Source of the DNA: Chrysomallon squamiferum
Lineage: Eukaryota; Animalia; Mollusca
Assembly (NCBI GenBank): GCA_012295275.1
Contig: CM022671.1
Coordinates: 20,708,001-20,772,000 of the forward strand
Length of the DNA stretch: 64,000 bases
Direction of reading: 5' to 3'
Shown piece after piece: positions 13,129-26,442 of the stretch. Both the position numbers and the translations under genes were made by a program. Under the pieces are notes generated by a model, which saw nothing but the letters and a program-made list of their open reading frames with translations, made no database searches and had not been told where the DNA came from. Every line of letters begins with the position of its first letter. Position 1 is the stretch's first letter.

Positions 13129-13944
13129 AAATAGTTACGCTTTAGGTTATTCTCTTCAATGGCGATACTCAGACTCGTCTGCATGCCATTGTCAAAGAAA
13201 TCTGCTGGTAATTGGACGATTACTGGTTCGGCAGAGACGTTTAGAAACCTTTCGAAAAACTGTTTATTGGCTTAAGATTCTTGTTAATTTCTCACAAAAT
13301 CTTTAATTTTGAGGCATTTTCTTGGATTCTTCTTTGTTATTTGTCACCTTGCAAAAGACATTAATTTTAATGATGGAAACCATAAAATAAAGGACCGTGG
13401 TTTCTATAATTGTATATACACGGATATATTTATATAGTGGCATATGCATAATATTATATTTGTTATCTGATATTTAAATTGTTCTACATAATGCGGTTGC
13501 TGCTTTATGATTTATAGACTAGTAACAGTTCTAATGAAAAGAAGCATTTTTTTTTTTTGTGAATCAGAGCTTGCCCCAACTTTTCATATTAATAAAAGTT
13601 ACGATTATAGATAATTTAAAATTCACTAAGAACAGTTAAAATTTAAAATTCAAAGATGAATGATGTAAACTGCCTCAAGTCTACTGAATTTCTTAGCTAT
13701 TGGACTTTAATGACATTTCTTTCAATGATACAGATTCGTATTGTGTTAAAAGTTGTTCTTTAATATTTTAATGATATTCTTTTATTTCCATATCTCGTAG
13801 TGTAACAAAATATTGCTACGTATATCCATGATGTATATTTAGTTCAGTCTTCGCGTATCTGATTCGTTGTTTTATTTCTTCTTTTAGTTTATATTCTTAA
13901 TATATTATTTTGATAACTAAAATAATGTTTAAGTTTAGATTAGC

Positions 13945-14090
13945 ATTGCTATTACAGTTAATTTTTACAAATAGGAATATATATATATACTGAAATATAT
14001 GAAGGTATATATACTGAAAGATTGGTATTACTATCACAGTTAATTTTTACAAATAGGTACATATACTGAAATATGTGAAGATTATACAGA
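13945..14090. repeat. Local tandem duplication (about 80 bp)
   Basis: ACAGTTAATTTTTACAAATAGG...ATATACTGAAATAT(A/G)TGAAG is present twice. Confidence 0.75.
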
Positions 14091-15959
14091 AATGTAGCGG
14101 TTGTCGATGACGATGTTTGAAGCCTTCGTGATTCTAAGTAATAGAACTTGCGAAATAGTCTCGCTCAGAATGGCCTTAGCTACTTAGGCTATCAAAGTTC
14201 CTTGTTTTGGTTTTTCAGTACTTTTCATTTTCAGAAAGGGCTTGCAATACTTGAATTAAATTATATAAAATTTATATTGTTCTCTTTAAGAAAATGATTG
14301 TTTCCAGCACGATCTACAGCTCTAATTATTATTATTATTTTTTTTTGTTAATCTGAGACTAAGAAGCCATATCAAGAAATATTTGGGGCTAAATATTTAT
14401 ATTCTTTATCACTGTACGATAGTTTAATGATTAATGAAAAGAAACTTCCAGTTTTGTAAAGTAATATTTAAACTTATTCAATTTTTCACCTCAACATGCA
14501 GACATTGTTCTGTCTTCGGTTGTGTTCTTATTATTCTAGTTGATACACTACATTTATCTCAAGACAGACTCAGTAATTACGCATCCAGAAAAGCATGCAT
14601 AAATTTTCACTGGATAAATAAAATGAAGCGAAAAACAAACAGCTTAATGCTGACTTGGAGTTAAGTACCTTTCGCTGAAGAAAAGTAGGTTTGGTTTGAT
14701 TATAATCTTTTGTTTAATTCTTACTAGACTGACCATTATGTCCTTAGGCGATGAAAGAGAATATTTATATTGTAATAATAATAAATCAAATTCATACACA
14801 TATCAGTACAAGTAATAATATATATAAAAGTACACAAAAAATAAATATTGCTTAAATGAGATAAAACGTATATGGTTTTCAGACTATGAGAAGGCGCACA
14901 TAGAATATCACTTGTTGCTAATCTGTAAGAGTAATCCATGCATGACGGCGGCGAGTTTATTTAATGTATGATCATTCCATATATAATATATATGTTACAC
15001 AAATTAACCATTAAAATAAAATCTGTTTTGATGATATAATACACCCATAATTTAGACACTACAATACGTCTACAGTTTACATAAGCGTATTTATATCACG
15101 ATGAACAGTGGATTTGCATAATACTGCTAAGCGCCGTCATATTTCCCTTTTTATTAATAAAATATCTTGTTATGTTATAAAACATCCATAGATAAGATAA
15201 AACATAACACAGATTAAGTATTCCTCTATTTACAGCAAGGGCAGCAATGGTTGAGCATAAAACAGTTAAACTGCACTATTTTTAGATTTTTGTTAATTAA
15301 ACATACCAATATAATTGTTCATATTCAGCAGTAATAAGTATTTGATATCACTGAATATAAACGTGAGCTCCATTATTTGGCGAGAGTAATTTTGTACACG
15401 GAAATTCATCATCATCAAAGTTTTCTTCTAGTTCTTCCAGCTCCGCCTTTTTTCCCTTGCCTTCTATTAATATTCATTGTTTTCATTTGTGTATCTACTC
15501 ATCGCGTTTTGTACGTAGACAGTTTTACTTCTGAAAGAATATAAAAGAGAAATGTAGAATTTTTGCTCACAAAGAGCAAGATGAAATTCAGCGTCGAACG
15601 GTACGTAGCAAAAAACTGAAAGAATTACAGTTCTTGTTTGTTTCAGTGAGTAGGAAGATTATTAAGTAGAAACATAACGAATTTTAATATCGTTATAATA
15701 TTACTTTTTATCAGTTCAGTTTATGCTGGAAGTTTCAACACCAGGAGATAGTTTTTCTTTTCTTATTGGATCAGTTTGTATTGCAAGTTATAGTGAATCT
15801 ATTCCATATCAAAGCAACAATATTTAATCAAAAAGAGAGAGAGAGTTAAACCAGTAAACGAGTCGGAGCTATTTATAAACACTCTAGACTTTGCCCAAAG
15901 ACGTTCTAGTGTGTTCTAATGTTGCAAATGAAGTGAGATCAATTGATTTTTTTAAACAG

Positions 15960-16303
15960 TGATGCATGAAAATCTATCTTTGCGCGGACTAACCTAATTT
16001 AACGGGATCGGCATCTCGCCCAGGGCAATGCATGGACGACTATCTCCGCCAATCACACAGATGACATTCATAAGAAGTGATGAGATTTCGGGCGAGTAGA
16101 AAGATCAATTCTGAACGAATGGTTCTGTTCGCAAACAAACATATGGTTTGGTCGGGAATAACCCGAGCTGAGTGATAATTGACAAGGCGTTGCTGGACTC
16201 GGGGAGGGATTTTCTTGACAAGTTTGATCCTGAACCGTTTATCGCCTCTTTTCGTCCGTTTCCACACAATAGCGATGATACATGCCACGTAGAAATTCAA
16301 CAG
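15960..16303 (+). other. Candidate non-coding exon or alternative first exon
   Basis: A GC/CpG-elevated island ends sharply at donor CAG|GTGAGA (16304), followed by T-rich sequence. The 5' boundary (TTTTTTTAAACAG at 15959) is weak and uncertain. Confidence 0.35.
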
Positions 16304-16681
16304 GTGAGATTTTTGTGTGTTTAATCAGTGAAACAATAGCTTATATTTTTTTTTTATATATATATATATATATAGTAAACATTTTTTTTTTGAAAGAAAT
16401 AAGAATATATTTGTACATTTATATTTTCAAACAGATAGAGATATTGTAATTGATATGCTTCTTTTTCTTGTTAATTTTGGTCTTCTTGTTCTGGAGGGCT
16501 TGGTTATTACGATGTGTAAAAACAATGGGCAAATAACATATGTAATATATGTTAATTTAGTTTTTTAAACATAACCGTGAAATTTTGAAAAGCAGAAATG
16601 TTTGTTTTGATTGGGCTGGAATCAAATTTCTTTTTTTATTTTCTAATTTACCTTTTGTCTTTCTGCATCCTGCAACTAAAA

Positions 16682-16785
<104 letters not shown>

Positions 16786-17280
16786 AGTAAACATTGCTGA
16801 TTAATGGTACCGTACCATCATACCTCTGCTTTAAAATATTTTCATGCCATTAAATATTCAGTGATACCTAGAGCTTGTTATGTTAGCATACGTTCTCTAA
16901 AGTGATTTGTTTTAAGTATTATTAACAATCTGTTATTAATAATTGTTTTACTCTTAAATAAATCAAAATTTTAAAAAAAAAATAATAATAAAAAAAATAA
17001 AAAAAATTAATATCCGATTTTGTTTTCTAAATATCTAATTCGCTCATAAAAAATCTATTCTAAATATTTTTTTTAATCTCTTAAATCTACATCTATACAA
17101 TATAAATTCATCCAAGAACCATAATAATCCTTTATATATTTCAACTTAATTATACTGCATCTGAAGCCGAACGTGAAATTTTTCATGTTTTATTTTCCCC
17201 GATACTTGCATGTGACCGAGAAGCAAACAAAAGAAGAATAACTCGGGTCTACACCATACAGAGAGAGGTTGATTTGAGCG

Positions 17281-17490
17281 GGCGGTAACTCAGTCGTTAG
17301 AACGGGCGATAATTCGATAGTTAGAGCACATGTTTTGGATGTTAGGGGTCCCAGGATCATTCAATACTCCTCGTTCCGTCCAGGTTTTTTCTCTGTTGCA
17401 ACTAAGACCACTCATAGTAAAAGTTTTCCTTTTCGCCGGAAAATTTAAATACAAAAAAAATATCCTTCCTTTTGATCGATAAAAGAAAAT
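17281..17490 (+). mobile_element. Highly degenerate tRNA-derived SINE
   Basis: In order: TAACTCAGTCGTTAGAACG (A-box-like), GGTCCCAGGATCATTC (B-box-like), CTCGTTCCGTCCAG, then TACAAAAAAAATATCCTTCC, paralleling TATAAAAGATCCTTTGC of the 23.4-kb copy. Confidence 0.4.
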
Positions 17491-17596
17491 CTTCAAAAGT
17501 CTGTAGCATAATTTTATATATCACAACATGTGCTTTTGTTGTCGATAATCAAATATTTATTCGTTCCTAAAAATCATTTTTCTTCCATTCTTTCAA

Positions 17597-17775
17597 ATCA
17601 TTCATTCTGGTTATTCATTCATTTATTCCGCTCTTTCATTCATCCTGGTTTTTCATTCATTCATTCATTCCGCTTTTTCATTCATTCTGGTTATTCATTC
17701 ATTCATTCTGGTTATTCATTCATTCATTCATTCCGCTCTTTCATTCATTCATTCATTCCGCTCTTTCATTCATTC
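17597..17775. repeat. Compound (TTCA)n repeat punctuated by CTGGTT and CCGCTCT
   Basis: Repeated TTCATTCA runs with two recurring interrupting motifs. Confidence 0.8.
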
Positions 17776-18511
17776 CAAGCTTCATTTATAAGACAAGTCC
17801 AGACTCGTTTCTCTTTACGTTAAAATCATTTCACAAGTTTTTGTTTCCTCATTTTATCTGCCAGATTTAAACGGTTTCGTTGAAATCAGATTAAATTAAA
17901 TAAAAGCGATGACAGCAGTCTAGAAAACACCCAAATTGTACTCGTAAACAGTTCAAATCGCATTAAATTGCTAAACGTAAAATAAGCAAAAAACCCAAAC
18001 AATTAAATGCATATGTATATGTATGAAATGAAGTAAAGCAGTGCAGCCGAATGAGCTTAGTTACAACAAAGAGGTAATCGAGTGAAATGGAATAATAATT
18101 TCACTTTGTTAATGATTTTCTGTTTTAGAAGCCTCACCCAGTTTCAAGAGTGTCAACGGAAATGAAATGCGTGCATTTTAAGTACAATTCAGTTTGCAGA
18201 ACACACCTAACCATTTCTTCTTGCAAAATATATATATTTTGAATTCGATTTTAAAAAGATAAATTTTTTCTTCTTCTTCTTACTATTATTATCATCAACA
18301 TTATTATTTAATATCAAAAGAATTGGAAAATGACAATAAATTAACATATAAAATCAATTATATTTTTTAAAATATGAAAACAATTTACTTGTTTTTGTCG
18401 TATTTCTTCAGATACTTGATTCTTTGTTTTATTGATTTTAATCATGAAAATTATAAATTAAAAGGGCAAATGGTACTTTAACATTTTATTGTTACTATTT
18501 TTTTAAGATTA

Positions 18512-18570
<59 letters not shown>

Positions 18571-19097
18571 TAATAACGATAATAATGATGTACTGTAACA
18601 TTATTTCATCATTTAAAATTAAATCATAATGATGATGACGATGGTGATGTTGATGATGATAATAACAATAATAATAATAGTAACAACAACAACAATAATA
18701 ATAACAATAACAGAAGTAGTAATAATATCAGTAAATAAATAGTAAGTAAGTAAGTAAATAAATAAATAAATAAAAATAATCGAATGAATAAATCTGTACG
18801 TAATTCTAACAATTGATTAGAATTGAATTTTTGCTGCATAATAACAGTAACATTTTAAAGAAGGTATTTCAGCCATACAGCATCGTGTTTTTCTTATTAA
18901 ATGCATTCGAAAGAATAGTTCTTTACTTACACAGATTTTTGCACACAGAAACACGAATAAACACTTACAGATATAAAAATGCACACGCAAATATACATAT
19001 ATGCTTGTTTGTGTACGTGTGTGTGTGTGTATTTCATTTAGGAAAATATTTAAGTAAGTAAATAAAGACATTACGATGAAATTGAAATTCAAACACA

Positions 19098-19099
<2 letters not shown>

Positions 19100-19185
<86 letters not shown>

Positions 19186-19212
19186 CTTACACACATGCAC
19201 ACACACACACAT
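19100..19212. repeat. (CT)n followed by (CA)n
   Basis: Direct reading. Confidence 0.95.
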
Positions 19213-19646
19213 ACACCCACAAACCCAAATCCAATTCATTCTAAAACGAAAGGAACTCACTAGAAAGAGTCAAATACACAATCAGTGCTCTAAAATGACA
19301 TTTTCTTTTGACGCCAGCGCGGAGGATTGAATGATGATTTAGATTGCTCGGCCGGCCATTTTGGACACCTAAAGTGAATTTAATTTCTCATTCGTTGTTA
19401 GAAGTACAAGAGCGATTGTCAGATTTGAGATAATGAAGCCTCACCTCAAAGAGGTTTTGCTCAAATGTCACTAAGAGATTAACATCTACACATACAAACA
19501 TGTTGACGTGCTGTGTAAATGAATTGATATCTAATGTTTACTTACATCTGAATCAATATTTACATCATTCACAACAGATATAACACTTGTTATTTCATCA
19601 GAAATTAAATTGATACAGTCGTAGATAGTGGATCAGCCAAACTGTG

Positions 19647-19677
<31 letters not shown>

Positions 19678-19782
19678 GTGTATGTATGTATGTAAGTATG
19701 TTTGTATCTATTTTTTTACGTTTATACGTATATACGTATGTATATACATATATGAATATGTAAATGTGTGTGTAAATGTAAA

Positions 19783-19816
<34 letters not shown>

Positions 19817-21484
19817 CGTATATGTATGTTTCTGTGGGGTTTGTTTTATGTATGTTAAATAACCAACCACTGAATACAAATATTTAATTAAATCTTGCTT
19901 TTAAAAAATGTACACACTGCCTCTGATTTAAAATCTAACATTTTACAATTTATTTAACTCTGTCCCAAAGGGTTTAACTTTGATCAGCACATTGTTTGAT
20001 AATTCCATTGTCATATTCTTGTTCGAACAAATATCGATCATTAAAATGTCCATTTATTTAACTCTTTGACACCCATATATCAATTATATTATTTAAAAAT
20101 ATATATATATATATATTTTTTAGTGTGTTTAGATAACGTTGAATAATTTTTCTAGATTTGATTGTGAATTTTGTCTTATCATGTGAGATAATAATGAAAT
20201 AAGTTGGCAAATGGAACACATTAACTTTTGGGTCAGAGAAATTCATAACTGGTTTTTTTCTTCGTTGAATTAGGAAACTGATTAAGCTTAGATATTTTAA
20301 TTTCGAAATATTATACCGTATGCTTCTAAATGTTTTTTTTTTTTTTCAAAACAATGCACAAGGAAAGCACAAAAAAAAAAAAAAATAAAAAAAAAAAAAA
20401 AATAAAATAAAATAAATAAAAATAAATAACATATAACAAACAGCCGAAAACTTCACGTTACTTAGCTTAGCTAAATTGCAGTGCAATCGTACTGAATAAT
20501 AAAAACTACCATTTTAGTAATATCTCCTGCAAAAAATGGAACAGAAGCTGCTAAGTAAATCAGGATTTTTTTTTTTTAAATAAAAAAGAGATCTGAAAAC
20601 CCAACCTGATTAAACATAGTGACAATAATGTGGGCGGAATAACCAAACTCTTACATTCACATCCATCTAAGACCCGAATCAACTATTTTGGTCACAAAAT
20701 TAAAATCTTAGCTTTTTCTCTGAATTGAGAATGTCATTCCAGCGTACCAGACACGCAATTCTGGAACAGTCTATAAAGAAATAAGTATTTTTATTTATTT
20801 TTTAAAAATATTTGCAGCTATACGAGATTTTGTCTTCTGTTAATTCCATTTGATTTCTTTTTTTTTTTTTTTTTTTTTTTGTGTCTTTTAATTCAAGTAA
20901 TTCTCAAAGTAGCCTGTGGACTCAATATTCTAATAAATGGTGGGTATCTAATATTATAATGCACCCGCCTTCATAAATTATCTAGCATGATGAAAGCTGT
21001 AATACATTTGTTATTATAGTTATAACACTGTGAATATAGGCAATTTTGCATTTTTCACATACATTCAAATAAATGGTTGTTATAGACAGGGGTTGTTATA
21101 TAGAGCCGAAATATAACAAAATATACTGTAATGGACAAATGACCGCGAAAGCCAGCTTTGCTGTACATTATATAGTGCTCGAATTTTATGTTTTTTTCAG
21201 TGTAGTGAATACTGATTATTTTTAATTAAAACTGCCGTTCTGTGTCTGTACACAATTACTGTTGTTTTTCAAAGTCGTTGTTCACCGTATAAACCCATGT
21301 TGTGACTATCAAACTGCAGCCTATGAGATATGGTGACATTTTTAGTTTAACGCAGACGCAATTAGAATTTTGATTACAATTCATTTTATTTTTTCATACA
21401 TTACATTTTCTTACCTGACTTATGCCCAAGGCAGAATTATTTGAAAATTACTCTTTAATAATAATAATAATAATAATAATAAAA

Positions 21485-21523
<39 letters not shown>

Positions 21524-21594
21524 AAAAAAAATAAAAAAAGTGGTTTCGTATATTAATGATGGTGATGATAATGTTGATAATTATGATGATGATG

Positions 21595-21643
<49 letters not shown>

Positions 21644-23369
21644 CAACAACTTTACCGCTAGTAATAATATCAGTGAAAATAATGATAATAGTAATGATGA
21701 TGATGATGATAATCATGAGTCTACTACTACAACAATACTGCTATTTTTAGCATGAATGATATAATGATGAAGATACCACCGCTTCTTTTATTAGAAGTAC
21801 TACAAACTACTACTACAGCTTTTATTTCTACGACGTCTACTAATACTAACTGCGTCTGATAATGATGCTGAACAAATCTGAACAGAAGTTAAAAAAAAAA
21901 AAAAGAAAAAAAAAAAAAGATTGGATCGATATTTTCTACTACTATGCCTGAGGTTTAAAATTTGTCATTAAGCTGTAAATTTTTCCTACTTGTCTTGAAG
22001 GGGTGAAGAAGAGAGAAGAAGAGAAAAAAAAAGATGAAAATTAAGGAAGAACTGTCACAACATAAAAAAAAAAAAAAAAAAAAAAAAATTCTGACAGGTG
22101 TTATTTGAACACACAAGCAGATCCTTTTCAATCATTAATGTTTGAAAAATCAAACAGAATAAAGCTGTATTTTGTTGATAATGGCGCTGTGGCCGATTAG
22201 CCATGCGTTCGTTTGGTTAACGCAGTTCCCGCATTCATGAGAAAATGATTGATGATCCTGAAATAACCTTTTTTGATAAGAGGTTCTTTTTTTTTTTTTC
22301 GAATTTATTTTGAAGATGATGCACGTGGCGTTTATGAACCTCACACGACTGAACGACAACAACAATAACAAAAAAAAAAAAAAAAAAAATGTTCGTTAGC
22401 TTTTCTTAACTTTTTAGAAATTTATTGTTATTTTTATCACATCGTCTTTGTTTTAAATCGCTGCAGTGGAATAACATGGAAAGCAGAAATCAGTGGAAGT
22501 AAAGAAATATTTCTTTAGTCGCTTATAATAATTCATTTCTATTCGGTTTATATCATACCAGCATTGTTCTGTTTTCCTTTTCTTTTTCTGTTCTTTTTTC
22601 TGAATATTTATTATTTTATATATGTGACATATATTTTAGATATCATTGTTAACAATACAGAAAAAAGATTTATTTCGGATACAGATATCAGAGGATAGTG
22701 AACACTTACGCATCCATACATTCGAGTACGTTAGTTGTAATATTTAGAAAAATGTCATGTTTTTTTTCCCTTCCTATCAGTCTATACTTTAATTCAAATA
22801 CTGCTTGATCCAAAGTATTTTGTGCGACAGTGTCGTTAAACATTAATTCTTTATATTCATGTATATAAAATGTTTGATGAGAATGTTAAATTTTTCTTAT
22901 AATTGATGAAGCTATGTTGTTTTCTACTGGTGTCACTTCTTAGGTTCATAGAGAGCCATACTAAAAGTTCATTTTCTAGACACACAAAACACAAAAAATT
23001 TTCTATTCTTCCCGTGTGAAATTATCAACTAATATGTTTATATAAAGTCTATAGTGTAGATAGACGTCGAAAATCTTTCGATATTCCAATATTTACACTA
23101 ACACACTCCAACACTCCAACGTTTTGAATAATAATAATAATAATAAATTGCTTACATTCAGTCACACGTTTTCGTAACACTTATGTAAGAATCAGTCGCT
23201 AAAGAGGTGTGTGGTGATCATTTTTCCACACCACGACAAAGCGTGAAAGTATCAAAGTCGTTTCGTTAAAAGAAACCGTCTCAACATATTGAGTTATTAG
23301 CGGTTGTTACGTGTCAGTTTTTATATAATTTTAGTATAATGATGATAATAAGAGAGTAAACCCATATCG

Positions 23370-23545
23370 ACCAGGACTTTTTTTGGCAAACGGAAGCAAA
23401 GGATCTTTTATACGCATCTTACCGTAAAACGGAAAACATACCACGGACTTTGATAAACCAGCCGTGTAGCACTGGCTCGGATTATTAATAAGAACTTGTC
23501 CACAGTCCTGTCTTATACTAGATCTGTGCTTTAGTCACTGTGCAA
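23370..23545 (-). mobile_element. Degenerate tRNA-derived SINE with conserved central domain (Meta/MESC-like)
   Basis: The minus strand reads GCCAGTGCTACACGGCTGGTTTATCAAAGTCCGTGGTATG...TATAAAAGATCCTTTGCT, which resembles (from memory) the central domain of mollusc tRNA-SINEs. A degraded A-box-like head lies near 23525-23545. The core is shared with 47267 and 52159. Confidence 0.6.
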
Positions 23546-24592
23546 AAACACGTTTCTTGATGAGATTAGTAGTTTCAACCAGCTCAAATCAGAAACGAAA
23601 GAATAATTCTGTAACCTTATTTCTGCAAGTGTTACATAATATGTACCGAAGGATTCCATAGCTGATAATCTATGCCATATGATAATTTATTTATTTTCAT
23701 CGCACTATTTATCAGATTAATGTGGAATTTTTAATTTCTATTATTATTATTTTTTAATATGTGATTGTTATGGTTTCCTGGCACTGATTGTTTATTTTAT
23801 GCATCATTCGACTCGTTTCTCCGTTTAAAATGAAACGCAATGTAGATAAATTTTTACTTTTTTTTAAATTAAATTTATTATATTAAATATAACCACCATT
23901 AATTATTCAATCACTTTTAATCTGTCACTCTCTTTCCACACCTTTTCTTTCTTTTTAAATGATGTCAGGAGAGAATTTGAATTTTTCCATATCGATAACT
24001 GTTCAAAAATCTTTCAGTGCCTTTCTTTGTTGGACTCAGCAAGATAAAACAAACACGGTGCATGATAAAAGTAGATAAATACTTTTGTTACCGGGTCAAA
24101 CAGATTTACTGACTATTTATGAATAAAGAAAGGCAAAGCAAATAAAACGCCAACGTATGGTAATCTCTGCAACAATACAATCATTCAAATTACATACCGA
24201 TTCGACTTTCGATTATTCCAAACTTGGGAAATCGTTCTCTGAAACGGAAACATAAACAGATAGCGAACAAAGGAAAGCAAACAAAACTTCATTGGAATCG
24301 CATCAGTTACGTCTAACCTGCTTTCAAATATTGATGATGGTAGGTAATTCACAGTGGGTCAAGGCAGCCTTAGAATATGTCAAATTAACAATGAAAACGT
24401 TGAGATCACAGCAGACTCAATAAAAAGAAAAACCCCATCAAAATCGACAAAAATGAAATTAAAAGAAAAAAAAAAAAAAATAAAAATAATAATAATAATA
24501 ATAATAAAATAAAAAAAAAAACCAAAAAACAAAAAAAAAAAAAAAAAAAACAACAACAAACAACAACAACAACAACAAACAAAAAAAACAAC

Positions 24593-24629
<37 letters not shown>

Positions 24630-26377
24630 TAACAAATAATAATAAATAATAATAGTAAATTAAAAAAAATAATAATAATAATTAAAACGATGTTAGTGAT
24701 TTGCCGTATTCTCAATAAATCAGAGAGTTGGTAGAAAAAAAAAAAAAAAAAAAAAAAATAAAAAAAAAAAAAAAATACTTACAGCAGACGAGAATAAAAA
24801 AAATAAATAAATAAATAAAAATAAAGATGATGATGACAATATAAACAATAATATTACAATAATAATTAAAAAATAAAATAAAAATAATAAAGCAGGAACA
24901 CCATCATCACCACCACCACCACCAATAATAATAATTATAATAATAATAATAATATCTACTTATTTATTTATTTACTTACTTACGTAATTAATTAATTACT
25001 TGTTTACTTACTTACTTACTTATTTATAGATCTTATTTCTTGACTCAAATTAATTTTCTATTTTTTCTTTCTTTCTTTGAAACTAAATAAAAGTCTGTTG
25101 AAATTAATTACGGCGAATACATGCTTTGTGCAGATTTGAATTTCTTAATCCACGATTAGAGGAAATTGGACATCTTAATCCACAACGACATTACATACAA
25201 AGCAGCAAAGCGACTTAAAAATCGAACGTCTCAGACGAGGTCCAGTTCTGAAATAAAGAATTTCTTTAAGAACTCCAAATGAATACATGCAAACTGAATC
25301 ATCTAAACGTTCATCAACACATCTGTCAATGGAATTAAAGAAAATTCGATAGATCCTCTAAGTCTTTAACGTCAGAGCTGGTTCTTTCAGATCTAAATTT
25401 CATGTACCTCTTTGATGTTGCGTACGTCTTTGAGTCTGGTTTCAAACTTAAAAAGAATTTGTTTGGTTGGGTTTTTTTTTTGTGGTTTTTTTTTTTTCTT
25501 CAACTAACTGATTTACACATGCTGCTGCTAGTCTGAACTATTTTATAAATCTGTTTTGCGAACAACAACAAACCATCTGCTTGAGCAAATCTTTAAATAT
25601 TTTGTTTATTTGTTCATACCCATTCATCGTATTTAATCACATTGGTCAAGTATGCTCCAAGAATCGTATCCAAATATTGTTGTTAAAACTGATTTATGAA
25701 ATCACTTAGAAATAACTAGTGTATTTAGTTCGTTTTTCCTGCATTTACAAAATGGCTTTTCTTCATCTATGTACAATAATATCACCTTTCTTTATCGAAA
25801 CTGTGATTACTAACAATTACGTACCTTTCTTAATATGCAGAAACGTACAGAATTCATATGAATTTTACCTTTATTATTATTGTTGTTGCTATTATCATCA
25901 TCATCATCATAATTATTTCCACAACAACAACAATAACAATAACAACAACAATTACTACTACTACTTCTCATAGAATATTGGGAAAGGGTTATAGCTATCT
26001 CTTTGCAACAAACAAATATTTACTTACGATAATATAAATTTATCGAGGTGAAACGGAAATTAATTACAACAGGGAAGAGATATTTGTTTTAAAAGAAGCA
26101 TTGCTTTATCCGTGATTAAAGGAAACACGACACCGTGATTCGTGATGGGAACAAATACGAAACAGGAGGACGGAACATCTGACCTATGCTGTGGCTGTGC
26201 AGATGCTGAATAACGCGACACCGATTCGCAATCTGACATGAAATCGAATGCACAGGACAATCTGGACAGTTTGCCTTACAGATTAAACAGACGTTGAGCA
26301 AACGTCAATCTCTGAATCCTATAAAGTTGACTTAGCCAAACGGAAATGGGGAAGACAAAGGTTAATCAAGGTTTAAT

Positions 26378-26442
26378 ACGTCACGTCAGAATGGAGATTT
26401 CTCCCGAGACGGCACGTGCTGTCTCTCGAGACTGCACGTGCA
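26378..26442. promoter_or_regulatory. Candidate enhancer core: two CACGTG E-boxes plus CRE half-sites
   Basis: CACGTG at 26413-26418 and 26435-26440 and ACGTCACGTCA at 26378-26388, within a GC-elevated non-repetitive island. Function is inferred. Confidence 0.35.

Noticed and set aside
21073-21110. TGGTTGTTATAGACAGGGGTTGTTATATAGAG, reminiscent of MITE sub-terminal repeats
   Set aside because: No matching inverted terminus or target-site duplication was found, and it is too short to call.
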